Of a stretch of 64,000 nucleotides of DNA, positions 11,649-25,200 are shown one piece after another. A program made the position numbers and the translations under genes. Each line of letters starts with the position of its first letter. The first letter of the stretch is position 1. The notes beneath the pieces were generated by a model, which saw only the letters and a program-made list of their open reading frames with translations, searched no databases and was not told the origin of the DNA. Origin of the DNA: Negaprion brevirostris (lineage: Eukaryota); contig JARDVH010000001.1 of the NCBI GenBank assembly GCA_030324005.1, positions 58,743,134-58,807,133 on the forward strand. Reading direction: 5' to 3'.

Positions 11649-13153
11649 AAAACCAGGACATGAGGGACATCAGAAGCTTTATCCCAAACAGTGTGGAGTT
11701 TCATATTTTACCTGTTGATGTGAAATTCTCCAATTATTTCTTTAAAACAGTTTGTTAATAAGTAAGCTGCATTTTCATTTGAGTGGGAAAAAGAGGAATT
11801 AGCCTCTTTTTAAACACATGTAAGTTTTGTATTTAAAACAAACTATTACCACAACTGTTATATATTTAAGTGGTTGCATGATTTTCTAATGTCATAAGGG
11901 TGTTTTACTGGCTCTAGCTTAGTTTTATTTTCTACTCCCCAGGAGGAGGATGTGGGAGCCTAGCCTGGTGTTAAATTTGCCATTTAAGCTAATTAACAAG
12001 CTGATTAGTAACTAGCTCTGGAGGATCTCACTACTCACATTAGTAACACATTGCAGGACTTGCTGAGAACACAGTTGGGAATGTCATTTCAGAAGATTGC
12101 TGCAACTGCCAGATGTTAGGGAGTGCTAAGGATATTACTAGTTGTGAGAATGGTAGCTAACAATGCTGCAATAGATGCCTTGAACATTACACTTTCACGG
12201 GATTTCCTAGCTTTAGTTGGGATAATTTTTTGTGTTAATGCGAGCCATGAGCATTTCAGCTCATTGGGTTGAGCACCAACAGTTTCGAGGAGTGGTCATA
12301 GATATAATCGTCTGTCTGGAAATGGCAAGGAACCTGCTTCCTTAAACATCCTCCAAATCCTGCATGATCTTCAGACTTCTGTCTGCTGCTTAAAAACTGG
12401 ACCTCTGGGACAGCAACTTCATCACTAGAGTTAAAGCTACAGGTGAACAGTCCCTTGTGGGAGATAAAAGCACTTTGTAATAGCTGATGTTAATGTTACT
12501 ACTAATACATTGTGTGTCAGGGACTAAAGTTCCTGGCACACCTGGGCCTCCTACTTCCAGTTTACTACTTTTATAATTATTCTTCAATACACAATATATA
12601 GCTTTCATCTAAATTTGAATTTAGATCACATTATGCAGCATTCTCTGCAGAGCAGATTTCTTGAAGCCTGTACACGGGATCTCAAGTCATTAGTAATGTT
12701 CTGGCAAGCTCTGAAAATGGAGAGAAGTTCTGTCCATTCCTATTTCTGGAGGTAGCCCCAGGCATTGTGGAGGTAAGTCCTGACTTATGCATGCTGTTCC
12801 AGAGGGGTTCTGGACTGGCATATTTTCCTGCTAGAGTTACAGAGAATCAAGTCTGGAGGAAAGATTCTCATCAGGCCTTCATTTGCATCCCACCAGCAAA
12901 TTTCCTGATCTGCCATAGCAGAAGATCCAGCAGGAAATTCAGGTTGGCGTAAAATTGATGTTGGACACTGGCCTTATTCTCCACCACCCAACTCACCATT
13001 AAACCCCTGCGGTAGTGATCTGGAGAATTCCACCTTAAAGTCCAAATTAACAATAGATAAAGCTATGGGGCTGTAGTCCATAATATATTAGGGAGATATC
13101 TAGGAGTCACATTAAAAATTGCCTGTTCACTCAATTTCATGAAATACACAACA

Positions 13154-13168
13154 AATAAATACAATAAA
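13154..13168 (+). terminator. Candidate SETD9 polyadenylation signals (tandem AATAAA)
   Basis: AATAAA at 13154-13159 and 13163-13168, followed by a G/T-rich tract, about 1.5 kb after the stop codon. No transcript evidence. Confidence 0.3.
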
Positions 13169-14819
13169 TGCTGGGTGGGGTAGGGGGTGGCACTGTTTAC
13201 GACACAGCTAACTTGTGCTTCATAACCAACACAACATAGTGATTGATCCCCAGTCTAGCTGAGACACATTTGGGGCTTGCCTCATAGTAAAATCATTGCT
13301 TATTCCTTGGTTCAACGGCCCTTGAATAATTGAGGATGGTACCCAGGAAAAGAAGAATAAATGTTCCAATGTTCTTAACAGAGGTCAGACAGATAGTTTA
13401 TAGCAGTGATAACATTGGGAAGGATCACAATAGCCACTAATGGATTTTCTTTTAAACATTTTTCCAGTCCAATAAAATCTAAATCAAGAAACTTGAAATA
13501 AAACCAGAGCTGAAAAAAAAACAGCAGGTGTGGCAGCATCTGTGGCAAGCGAATCAGCCAAATATTTGATCATTAACTCTAAACGTTCATTATTCCTCAC
13601 ACTTGCCACAGAGCCTGCCAGTACTTGAATTCCTTTCAGGTTTATAGCATCTACAGCACGTTGCTTTTATTTCAATGAAGAAACTTCTCAGCCTACTCTT
13701 GCTGAAGCCATGGAGGATTCATACTTCCAGTTGAGTGGAAGCACCCTCTTCAACTTGTAATAAGGAGCCAACCTGTGCATTCTGCTTTCAATAAGAACCA
13801 AATAGAATTTGGTATTTTTATCCTTTCTGTTCAAGTGTTTGCAGACAGCAACAGCAGTCTTGATCAAGTAATACAAATCTGGAAATCCTGGAGCAAGTCC
13901 CTTAAACTATAGGATCCTGAGAATCTTGTTCCCAATAACGGTGCACCTGGATACCACTAAGAATTCCTAAGGATCACACCAATCTGTGATGAAGGTTAGG
14001 CCCTTCTTTGCCAATTTGTAAATCTGTTTGTTCCACATTATTAGATGATAATTTGAGCCATGTGGGGACACTGTGAAGGGTAAAGCTGATGGGAACAAGC
14101 CCTTGTCAAGAACATGCAACAAGCTTGATGTTTTGAGAAGACCCTTAACTAAGAAAAATTGCAAGATAGAGGACTAAGCTTCGCAGAGAACATAAGAAAT
14201 AGCAGGAGTAGGCCATCTAGCCCTTAGAGCCTGCCCCACCATTCAATAAGATCATGGCTGATCTGTCATGGCTCAGTTCCACATTCCCGCCCTCTCCCCA
14301 TAANNNNNNNNNNNNNNNNNNNNNNNNNNNNNNNNNNNNNNNNNNNNNNNNNNNNNNNNNNNNNNNNNNNNNNNNNNNNNNNNNNNNNNNNNNNNNNNNN
14401 NNNACTAATTAGGCATTAGTCAACACAAAAACTGGAAATGCTAGACCTCAGCAGATCTGACAGCATCTGTGGAGAGAGAATAGAGCTGATGTTTGAGAGT
14501 CTGGACGATTCTTCATCAAAGCTGGATTTTTCTTCCCAGCATCCCCACCAATTTGCTTTTATCTTAGTGTAGGCACTCGTCAACTTTTATTCTTGGTGTG
14601 TAAATTTTGTCTTTATAAAGGGATACACTTGTGAATTTATGGACAGGTTAGATGTGGAGGTGCAAACCAGATAGATATCAAATGTTCAGGTCTGGAAATT
14701 CTGCAGGGAAGTGTTTGTCAAAGGTTAATTGTACAAAACATGCCAGAAATTGCTCCTTCAATGGCCATGGTGGAAACTAGAAAATGACGTCCTTCTCATA
14801 GATTGGATGATACTTCCTT

Positions 14820-15010
14820 CAGCAACAATCAGTAAATCGCTTCTGCACGCTCTCCAGTTTAACAACATTTTTCCTGTAGCAAGGCAACCAAAACTGAACA
14901 CAATATTCCAGGTGTGACCTCACCAACGTGCCGTACAACTGCAACATAACTTCCCAATTTCTATACGCAATGCCCTGATTGATGAAGGCCAGCATGCCAA
15001 AAGCCGTCAA
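14820..15010 (-). mobile_element. CR1 LINE RT fragment
   Basis: AFGMLAFINQGIAYRNWEVMLQLYGTLVRSHLEYCVQFW...LESVQKRFT, a typical CR1 RT C-terminus. Confidence 0.85.
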
Positions 15011-15542
15011 ATTATTAATAATGACTGAAAAAGGATAAGGAAAGATATCTCACTGAACTTTGGCCAATCTCCACCTCACTCACTTTTTTGGCACAATACA
15101 GCGAAAAGGACGAATCTAAGTATGTTGGATGGCAAATTAATGCAATTCATCCTCTGAAGTTTAAAACAACGTTGAGTGAAATAAATGGCCACAATGATAA
15201 ATGCCTTCCTTAGCAATGGATCTGTAACTTCGATTTTAAGTGTACCTTATGATAATTCCACATGTCAGATGGCCGTGCGATACCTCTCCATTTCTTACAC
15301 TACCGATGTTCAACAGTTAGCAGTAGGGGTGCTATGTCACTATTGCTGGCGAAAAGAAAGTCCGTAGAACATTTATATTCTTCACTATTTGGGCAACATC
15401 TCTAGCACAATTTTCAGACTCGGGAATGTGCGGTTTTTGCTTCAGATACATATTTTTAAACATACGCAAACCTATTCTAGGTCCTGCCCAGATGGTGACT
15501 ACTGAATCCAAAACTTAGACAAGAAAACAAATCTCAGACTAT

Positions 15543-16200
15543 TGTCACGATCCGGTTAGAGATCATTAACATTTAAAAGGAAATCCAAACATTGTTTTAT
15601 CTAATAGAACTATACCACCGGATTTCACTTTAAAAAAACTTTATTGTATGCAAAATAACCAAACAAGCCGCATTATCCTAGCAATGTGGTTTATAACTAC
15701 GCACGTGCTCCATTCAGCATTAATTCTTACCTTCCCCTGGAATCTCATACGATGCTGTTTTTAAGTTATTTACCTTTTTGGGGAATAACCATAGTGCTCT
15801 AGAGAATTCTCAGCTCCAATTATTCTCAAGAGGTAAAACTTTAATTTACCATCCCTTGTCTGTGGTTGCCTTAGAAAAGTAACCTAAACAAGGAATTAAC
15901 ACTTCCAAGCTTATCTGTTTATTGCTTTCCTTACCACAACACTCTCAAGGGCCTATGTAGATCTGTCCACCTATTCCCTGTTGCACCTATGCCATTTTCT
16001 AGTTCAAGTTTAATTCCTAAAGTCAAATGTTATATCCTAAAACATATGAACCATGAACTAGACTTGCAACACGGATAGCACAGCACTGAATGACTGGATG
16101 TGCACAAATGTCATGCTAGACTGAACTGCTATCCTTTAGTAAGTTCAAGTGCTTTATTTCCTTATGACCCTAATACAAAAATATTAAAACAAATACCAAC
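15543..16200 (-). mobile_element. Possible solo LTR
   Basis: Begins TGTCACGA and has a minus-strand AATAAA near 15640. The other end and a TSD were not resolved. Confidence 0.25.
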
Positions 16201-16669
16201 AGCAGTGTATAGTATTTTAATTATGTGTGTGTGAATATCCAAGAACAAAGGCTTGACTTCTGTTTGTTAATTATTTTGCAATGTTTACAGCATGTTTCTA
16301 CTGGGCACTCATTTTTAAAAGTATTTTTTGAATATATTAGGAGATCAGCTATTATTATTCATTATAGTTTTCTTTCCTCCAAAGCATTTCTAACTTTTTT
16401 TAAAAAAAGATTGATAGAAAATGAAAGATTTGTCAGGGAGTTCATCATTTCCCAAACTATTTTTGCATATGTTGGTACACTTACCTGTCACCAACCAATA
16501 ACAACTGCATCAATTTGCTCCATTAAGAGGACAAAGTTTTGTCATCTGCTGTTAGGGTACCTACTGCCAAAGAGACTGCAATGCGAAGTGTGAAATATGT
16601 CCCTGCTAGCACTGCAATTTCAGCTTACATCTAAAGAAAAAGGAGAGAACGTTCATCTCCTTTCTCCAT

Positions 16670-16902
16670 GTAAGGTACAGTGGCTAGCACTGCTGCCTCA
16701 CAATGCCAAGGACCTGGGTTTGAATCCCAGCTTGGGTCACTGTCTGTGTGGAGTTAGCACGTTCTCCTTCCATAGTCTGAAAGACGTGCTGGTTAGGTGC
16801 ATTGATCTGAACAAGCGCTGAAGTGTGGCGACTAGGGGAATTTCACAGTAACTTCATTGCAGTGTTAACGTATGCCTTACTTGTGACTGATAAATAAACT
16901 TT
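16670..16902 (+). mobile_element. tRNA-derived V-SINE (HE1-like head, long tail ending AATAAATAAACTTT)
   Basis: A-box-like cagtggctagcactg, B-box-like gggtttgaatccc and partial V-domain ctgtgtggag. The tail is shared with copies at 37460, 38880, 56040 and 63205. Confidence 0.8.
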
Positions 16903-17989
16903 TCTTAGGTATTTGACAGTTGCCCAATGCTGCTGCTTATTTCAACAAAATGAAGGTCACCGATAATTGCTATGCTGCCCAAACCTGAAGTTCATTGTGG
17001 TATCAAGTGACAATGCTTTTGTTTCAGGACTTTGATATTTTGAGTGCTTTATGTTAACAGTTAGTGGAACTAGTTCAAATGCAATACTACAGGGTATGGA
17101 ATCTTGAGCCATCTACTTCATACATGTTGGGTAATTCTAGATCACCATAAGTGTACTGCCTGTCTTATCTGTTCCCTTGTGCTGTTGGAACTGTAGACCC
17201 TCCTGCCAGATATGATGCCCTAAAAGTCTCTTGAGAAAGTACAGTTCACCCCAATAATCTTCCACACACTAATTTCAAGTAGCAGCATATCCACTTTTCC
17301 AGCCATCAAATAAGGGATTTGAGTAATGCCATTACATCACTTGCCCATAACTTTTTTAGCATTACTAATAGCCTTGCACATGACATTTTGAAACGCTTCC
17401 CAGGTACAACACATATTTAAGACCTTTCTCAGTAGCTAAGGTGGTCAGTTGGATAGCATACACACATTTTCAGCAAATATTTCATTTGGAATAAATCTTA
17501 AAAACTTATTTGAGATAGGACAATTTAATTCCATAAGTCACTGTTGCAGTGAACTCGAATACACTGAAGAGGAGGAGCAGGGGGATATAGCATGTGGAAG
17601 TCCTTGCTGTTGCAAAACAGCAGGCCTATGGGATAAATTGGATAGCACAGACAGGATGAGCTGAATGCTGTCTTGGATCACTGAGTCTAAATATTGTCAT
17701 GCTATTTGGTCTACACTTTCAAAATGCTTTGCCCAATGTTAAGACCAGCTCATGAAATTTAACTTAAACACACTTCCCTACTCTAAGCTTTACAGAGCAA
17801 ATGGTTTTGCAAAATAACATAATAAAAATCTGTAAAAGGCTATCACTACTATTTAAAGGATGCAACACTAACTAGTTGTATAAACACTCCAAGATGCTTT
17901 AAACTAGTTTAAAGTTACTTCAAGAATAAGACAAGAATTAACAATGTCAAACCAATGAAAGGCATATTTGGACTTTTTAAAATCAAGAT

Positions 17990-18572
17990 CTTGCATTGGA
18001 ATCCATTCTACGTGTTGACCAAAAAGATTGTCAGAGGTAAAAACCTTGAAATTATTTAAGAGTCAATTAGACTCTAATAAAATAATGAGGGGGCACAGAT
18101 CAGCTAGTCAATATCTTTTCCCAAAGGTAGAGGAGTCTAAAACTAGAGGGCATAGGTTTACAGTGAGAGGGCAGAGATACAAAAGCATCCAAAGGGGCAA
18201 TTTTTTGACACAAAGGTAGGTGAGTATCTGGATCAAGCTGCCAGAAGTAATGGTAGGGGCAAGTACAATTTTCTTTTAAAAAGCATTTAGACAGTTACAC
18301 NNNNNNNNNNNNNNNNNNNNNNNNNNNNNNNNNNNNNNNNNNNNNNNNNNNNNNNNNNNNNNNNNNNNNNNNNNNNNNNNNNNNNNNNNNNNNNNNNNNN
18401 GGCAAGTACAATTTTCTTTTAAAAAGCATTTAGACAGTTACACGGGTAAGATGAGTATAGTGGGATATGGGCCAAATGCGGACAATTGGGATTAGCTTAG
18501 GGGTTTAAAAAAAGGGCGGCATGGGCAAGTTGGGCCCAAAGGCCTGTTTCCATTCTGTAAACCTCTATGACC
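17990..18572 (+). mobile_element. CR1 (HER1-like) LINE 3' fragment
   Basis: LFPKVEESKTRGHRFTVRG...RGNFLTQR and a ggcctgtttcc...ctctatgac tail. Confidence 0.75.
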
Positions 18573-19435
18573 TAAACATCGTGGCAGTGGGGAACCTTAG
18601 GACAATTCTGAATTTTAGAATTCTGAATGTATAAATTATGAGTCAAATAATTTTCATTCTCCATGATTGTCTTGACATTCAAAGCCGTCCAAACTAGCTA
18701 AAGATTGACATCATTGAACAATCTAAGTGTCTTGGCAGAGGTCATAATAAAGTCCTTTCTTATTGTTTAATAAAGCTGCTTTTAGATCATGACCCCCAGA
18801 TGAATCAATCTCAAAATTTTAGGCTGAATAAACTATACGGAAGTTGGTTGAAGTAGTTCTAAATTCAGCACAGAATAATTATGAAAGGCATACAAGAACG
18901 TGAGTCATTTTTGAACTGTTAATGGTTATAGACCAAAGTTAAGCAGGACATTCATTCTAACTATAATGAGTTACAGCACAGAGCTTCTTGGATGGTCAAA
19001 CAGATTATGCATATACATTAGGAGTCAAATTTAGAAAAAAATACCTTGAACCAGTCCCTCTAATTGGAATACAAGATGCATCTTCCAAAGAAAATATCCA
19101 AGGTCCTCGATAGATTGTAGATTCACTATGGCTCTATCACTACTGTATGTTTTTTTAAATTTTGTCAGGGCCCTCCAGAGCTCAAAAAATGACTTTACAG
19201 TATTCGCCTGTAAACTGAATGGCTTGTCATGAGGACATACCTTCACACTAACTGCCCTAAAGCATCCGGTGGTTCTATGAGCCTTCAAAAGGTTCTTAAC
19301 TTGATAAGCAAAGTGCGTTTTAACATTAGTGTTCATTGCCAGCAGTTCGGTTTAATATGACCAAGGATATGATCCAAGCACAATAATGGATCACAATGAA
19401 GAAACCCACAATCCAGGAGATTAGTTTAAGTACCA

Positions 19436-21915
19436 CATAAACATAGAAAATAGGAGCTGGATTAGGCTATTGGGCCTTTCGAACCTGCTCTGCTATTTAA
19501 TATTGTGGCTGATCCTCTATCTCAACATCATTTTCCTGTGTACTCCCAATACCCTTCGGCAACTTGAGTCCAGGGACCTAATACCTTTAAAAATATATTC
19601 AGTCACTTGGCCTCCACAGCCTCTTGTGGTAGAGAGTGCCATAGGTTCACCATTCTGAGTGAAGATGTTTCTCCATATCTCAGTCCTAAATGATCTACTC
19701 CATATCTTGATGACTCCTTGTCCTGGAACCCCAGCCAAAGGAAACAACATTCCTGCAGCCAGTTTGTCCAGCCCTGTCAGAATTTTAGACATTTCAATTA
19801 GATCACCTCACATTCTTCTAAATTCCAGTAAACAAAGGCCCAGTCTACCCAATCCCTCTTTGTATAACAGTCCTGCCATCCCAGGAATCAGTCTGGTAAA
19901 CCTTTGTTACATTTCCTCTATGGCAAGTATATCCTTTCTTAAATCAAGAAGCCTAAACTGCACACAGGTATGGTCTCATCTGCATACTGCTGCAGTAAGA
20001 CATCCTTGCTCCTGTACTCAAATCCTCTTGCAATGAAAGCCAACATTGCATTTGCCCTCCTAACTGTATGCTTGCTTTTCGATTGAAGCGCTAGGGTACT
20101 TAGGTCCCTTTGTACATTTCCCAATCTAGCAACGTTTAAATAACATTGCCATTCTGTTTTCCTTTCTGAACATTTATCCACATTATACTGCAGCTACCAC
20201 GTATTCACCTACTCACCCAACATGAATAAGTCAACTTGACACTTCTTAACATCCTTCCCACCAAGCTTTGTGTCATCAGCAAACTTGGAAATATTACTTT
20301 TGGTTCCTTCATCTAAATCACTGATATTTTCTGTGAACAGCTGGGGTCCAAACACTGATCCCTGCGGGACCCTGCTAGTCACTGCCTGTTACATAAAAGA
20401 CCCAATTATTATTCCTACTTTGTTTTCCCATCTGCTAACCATTTCTTAATCCATGCCAATATATTATCCCCAAACCACATGCTTTGATTTTGTACACTAA
20501 TCTCTCATGTGAGACTTTATCAAAAGCTTTCATAAAATCCAAATACACTACATCTGCTGGTTCACCACTATGCATTCTACTATTCAAACCTCAAAATACA
20601 TCAGTTAGGGGTGTCAAACATCATTTTCCTTTCACAATCCATGGTGATTTTGTCAAATCCCATTGATATTTTCTAAGTGTCCTGTTATCGTATCTTTTAT
20701 AATAGATTCTAATATTTTCTCTGCTACTGATGTTCAGCTATCTAGTCTGTAATTTCCTGCTTTCTCCCTGCCTCCTTTTTTAAATAACGGCGTCACATTT
20801 GGAACCTTCCAAACTGTTGGGATTGTTTCAGAATCTATAGAATTTTGAAAGATGACAACTAACTCATTCACTATTTTCATGGCCACTTCCTTTAGTTTTC
20901 AGTCCATTAATTTCTGCAGCATTTTCTTCAGGAATACTAGTTTCCTTCAATTCCTCCTTCTCAGCGGACCCTCATTCCCTGGCATTTCTGAGAAATGATT
21001 TTTGTGTTTTCCTCCAAGAAGACAGAACTAAAGTAGCTCTGCCATTTCCATGTTCTCTATTATAAATTCTCCAGTTTCAGACTATAAGGGATTTGTCTTC
21101 ACTAATCTTTTTATTTTCATATACTTACAGAAGCATTTACAGTCCTTTTTTGTTACTTGCAAGTTTACACTCATACTCTATTTCTCCCCTCTTAATTAAT
21201 CTCTTCAGCTTCCTTTGCTGAATTCTGAACTTCTCCAATCCTCAGACTTACTTTGTTTCCCAACAACTTTACATGATCCCTCTCTAGATCTAATAATATC
21301 CTTAATTTTTTTCTGTAAGCTATGGTTTGGGACATTTTTCTTGTTCTATTTTTGCACCAGAAGGAATGTATAACTGTTGCAATGCGGCTATTGCTTCTTA
21401 GTGAAAGAGTTTAGAGAAAAGAGCTGCTGTTTTGAGTTGAGATGACCTTTTGTCAAAGGGCTGTTGTGCCTGCCGCACAGTCTGTTTTAACCCTTATACC
21501 ACAGACAAAGAATTGNNNNNNNNNNNNNNNNNNNNNNNNNNNNNNNNNNNNNNNNNNNNNNNNNNNNNNNNNNNNNNNNNNNNNNNNNNNNNNNNNNNNN
21601 NNNNNNNNNNNNNNNTGATGTTAGGTTAACCAGTTGCAATTCCCTATTTTCTCTCTTTTTAAATAATGGGGCTTTGTTTGGCACCGTACAATCTGTGGGG
21701 ACTGTTCCAGAATTTTGAAAGATGAAACAAATGCATCCGCTATTTCCATGACCACTCCTTTTGCACCCTGGGATGTAGATTATCAGGCCCTGGATATTTA
21801 TTGGCTTTCAGTCCCATTAATTTTTCCAGCACTTTTTTTTAGTAATACTAATTTCCTTCAATTCCTCCTCACTAGACCCTCGATTCCTTAGCATTTCTGA
21901 GAACTTGTGTCTTTC
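19436..21915 (-). mobile_element. Long degraded CR1 LINE, plus a second copy from 21616
   Basis: Tail (catagaaaataggagc), then [30 protein letters not shown] and DVVYLDF.KAFDKVSH on the minus strand. 21616-21915 repeats the 20728-21010 segment with divergence. Confidence 0.85.
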
Positions 21916-22235
21916 TCTATAGATGTTTCCTCCAAAAACTGGAACAATTCTACAACAGACAGCAGTCAAATCATTAATGTCCAACGCCTTTTATCAACAG
22001 AACACTGAATGTTTAAAATGTACTAGTCTTAAATGTAGCTATTTGTGTTTCTAAGAATTCTTATTCTGGACAGGTGCTTGGCTGCATTTTAGTACCTCAA
22101 GGATAATTGTAAGCCAGCTACCAGGAAAGTACACANNNNNNNNNNNNNNNNNNNNNNNNNNNNNNNNNNNNNNNNNNNNNNNNNNNNNNNNNNNNNNNNN
22201 NNNNNNNNNNNNNNNNNNNNNNNNNNNNNNNNNNN

Positions 22236-25200
22236 GGAAAACTAATCCAATTCCCCAGCTTCTAAATTGGAGAACTAGGAGAGAGTCAATTTAGTAGTGT
22301 CTGGATGCCCAAGACTATAACTAACTAATGAGCACAACCATCCACATCACGTGTTGTTCCTTACCCAAACAACAGAGCAGTGGTCATTACTACAAATAAA
22401 GTAGATTTAAAAAAAAACCCATTGTACATACAAGTTCCAACCACAGCAATACAGAAAAATAAACATTATACCACAAATTAGACAATGAATATTGCATGTA
22501 ATGTCTTGATTACTGGTAGCCATATAACAAGTACGTCCATTATGGAATCAAAGTGGGTTTGCAAAAGATGAATGGTTTTTGGATACAGCTTTTAACAATA
22601 TTACAACCATAACACTCAAGCTTTAAAATATGTAAAAACTTAGCTCTGGCTGTAGAAGAAATAATAGCATTTACCATAAAACTAAGAAATGTTATCCAGA
22701 ATTTTAATGAAGCCCTCTACTAGTAAGAGTCTGCCATTGTGTAACTGTAACAATGAACTTTAACACAATAATTCCTATTCACCCTCTGGAGATCAGGCCA
22801 ATTTTCCTTCTGTACATCAGATAAACTATAATCAACAACAAATATTGGTGCAGTGATTAATGTCTACTATGATGTTTCAGTGTCTCAAATTTTGCCTGGA
22901 CTTGAATATAATTTAGAATATGACATATCGTATGATACATGATATCTTGTGACTTTGGGTAAATTCTGAAATATTAAATAAACCTTCATATGAACTTTGA
23001 AGTTAGACTTAATCAAAATAAAGATGCGATTTCCAGACTTTTTATTTCTGGAATGGTGTACACCACATATCAAGATACAACATAAGTACAAAATAATGCT
23101 GAACAAAACCTTCAGTGTTTATATACAAATATTAAAACCAAATGCAACATTAGAGCATTCCCCTTGAATATCTTCAAAACTAAATGCTGTCTTGATTGTC
23201 ACTAATTAGCCCATATTTTTCCACTGGCAGTTCTATTACTAACTCTGAAACAATACAGCAGAAGAGGAGCTGTAGCACCATTTCTTCAGAACAGTATCGC
23301 CGGTGTTTTTATCAAAAGAATTTTAATCAGCATGTCTATATTGATCACCAATACCAAGCTGTTTACATTTTTCACATTGAACAAACTCCCTCTTCTATTC
23401 AGATTTCAACTTTTCAGATTTCTGTTACAATTGCAATTGTAGCTCAAGTGTTAACTAGTCGCTAATTTACTTTCAATAAACAATTTCAATTCACACTGTA
23501 GACTTTGGTTAAAAATAAATATCACTAAGCTTGACAACTGAATTTTCTTTTGCAGTACAGTTGTTTATCCTCAGCCAATAAGGACAATTGCACAATTTTA
23601 AATGACCTAATTGTATGCATTTTGATATTCTTAAACCAACAACCATGTACAACCTTCAAGTAAGTGGAGCAATTGATAATAGGAAACTAATAATTTAGTG
23701 AGAAAAACATAATTTCTGTTTGGGCAAAATATTGCTATATTCTTTACAGCACCTGTTACACTTCCAAATGAATTAGTATATGAACTGACTTCTCAACATG
23801 GAAATGGAAAACAATCATCTTTGGCCAGCATTTTAGACAAAGCTCAACAATAAACAGCAAAACCATCTAAATCCCAGCAGTTTAAGTGTTGAGATTCTCA
23901 TTTAGAAAGAACAAACAAAGCAACGTTTCATGGCACTTTCAAATGAAAATTTGGGAAATAAGTCTTCTATATGCAGAAATTGTACATAATTACATTCTCG
24001 CAAATTATTGCCCTCTTTAATTTGAACATGAAAAGGAAACTTACAAATTTCTAAAATAGCAGTTCCCAGCAAGTATTTGGTTTTAGTTTTGGTAAGTTAT
24101 CAGTATCATACACATCGCATTGATCTTAGTTTATCATATATGCCAATGAGCATTTTGCTTCACACACCAAACACAATTCAGAAAATAAATTTTAAAAATT
24201 AAGTTAATAGCAAGTAACTGATACTAAATCTAATTAAACGATTAAAAAACCTAGTTTAAATTTCAGTCTATTTGGCAAAAACACCAAATAAAATGAGTTT
24301 AAACAAACTGCATTATTCAGTCGGAAGAGTTAATCAATGCAATTGTCAAGAGAATACATACCCAATAAGGATTTGTGGCTCTTTATTTTTTTAAAAATCA
24401 CAAGCAAATCAGTTCTACGAAATTTTAAATTAAACCCTGTAATAAAATCACACACTTCTGTTTACCAAGGGAACTTACAAAGTCTGAATGCATAGTTAAA
24501 TTCTGTATTTATAATGCACTAGGAATGGTTTTCAAAATTTCAGAAAGTGCAACTGATGTGAGTGATCAGTCATAAATCTGTGTGAACATTACTACAGACT
24601 AGCCTTTGCAAATCCACAGTCACACTCAAATATATAAATGAAGGGATATGTATAGCATTTCCACAAATACATGACTAGTTCAATTAACATTAAGAAAAAA
24701 ACCACAAAAGACAAATGCATAGATCAGCACATAAACACAGCTACAAGAAGCTGATGACTTGGATTACAACTTCACGCAATACTGGCAAGAGCCAAGGCTA
24801 CCCGTTACTTCTGTGTCTTGTACCTTTATGCCACTCTGTACTGTCTCAGAACCTAAAGCTTTGTCTATCATACAAGATTCCTGTATAAAAACTGAAAAAC
24901 CATTAGATTATGGCTGTACAGTTATACTCATCTACATAGAAAATCAACCAGTCTCTCAAACCACAGTACCCATTCTTGCACATTTAAAATGCCAACTAGG
25001 CCAACCTTTGCTGATAATTCTGTACAAATTTTTTTTTTTTAGGAGATTGCAAAGAATATGGAGTGGAGGAAGAAATATTCTTTTCAGACAGGATATAAAT
25101 ATTTACAATAAATGAAAGCAGTTCATCATATTGTGTATCCCAATTACTTGACCTCCTTAACACTTTCACACCATATACACAATCAGTAAAATTCTTCTCA

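Noticed and set aside
16670-16740. tRNA-like A/B boxes here and at ~36460, 43325 and 63500 as tRNA genes
   Set aside because: No complete cloverleaf; they continue into SINE bodies.
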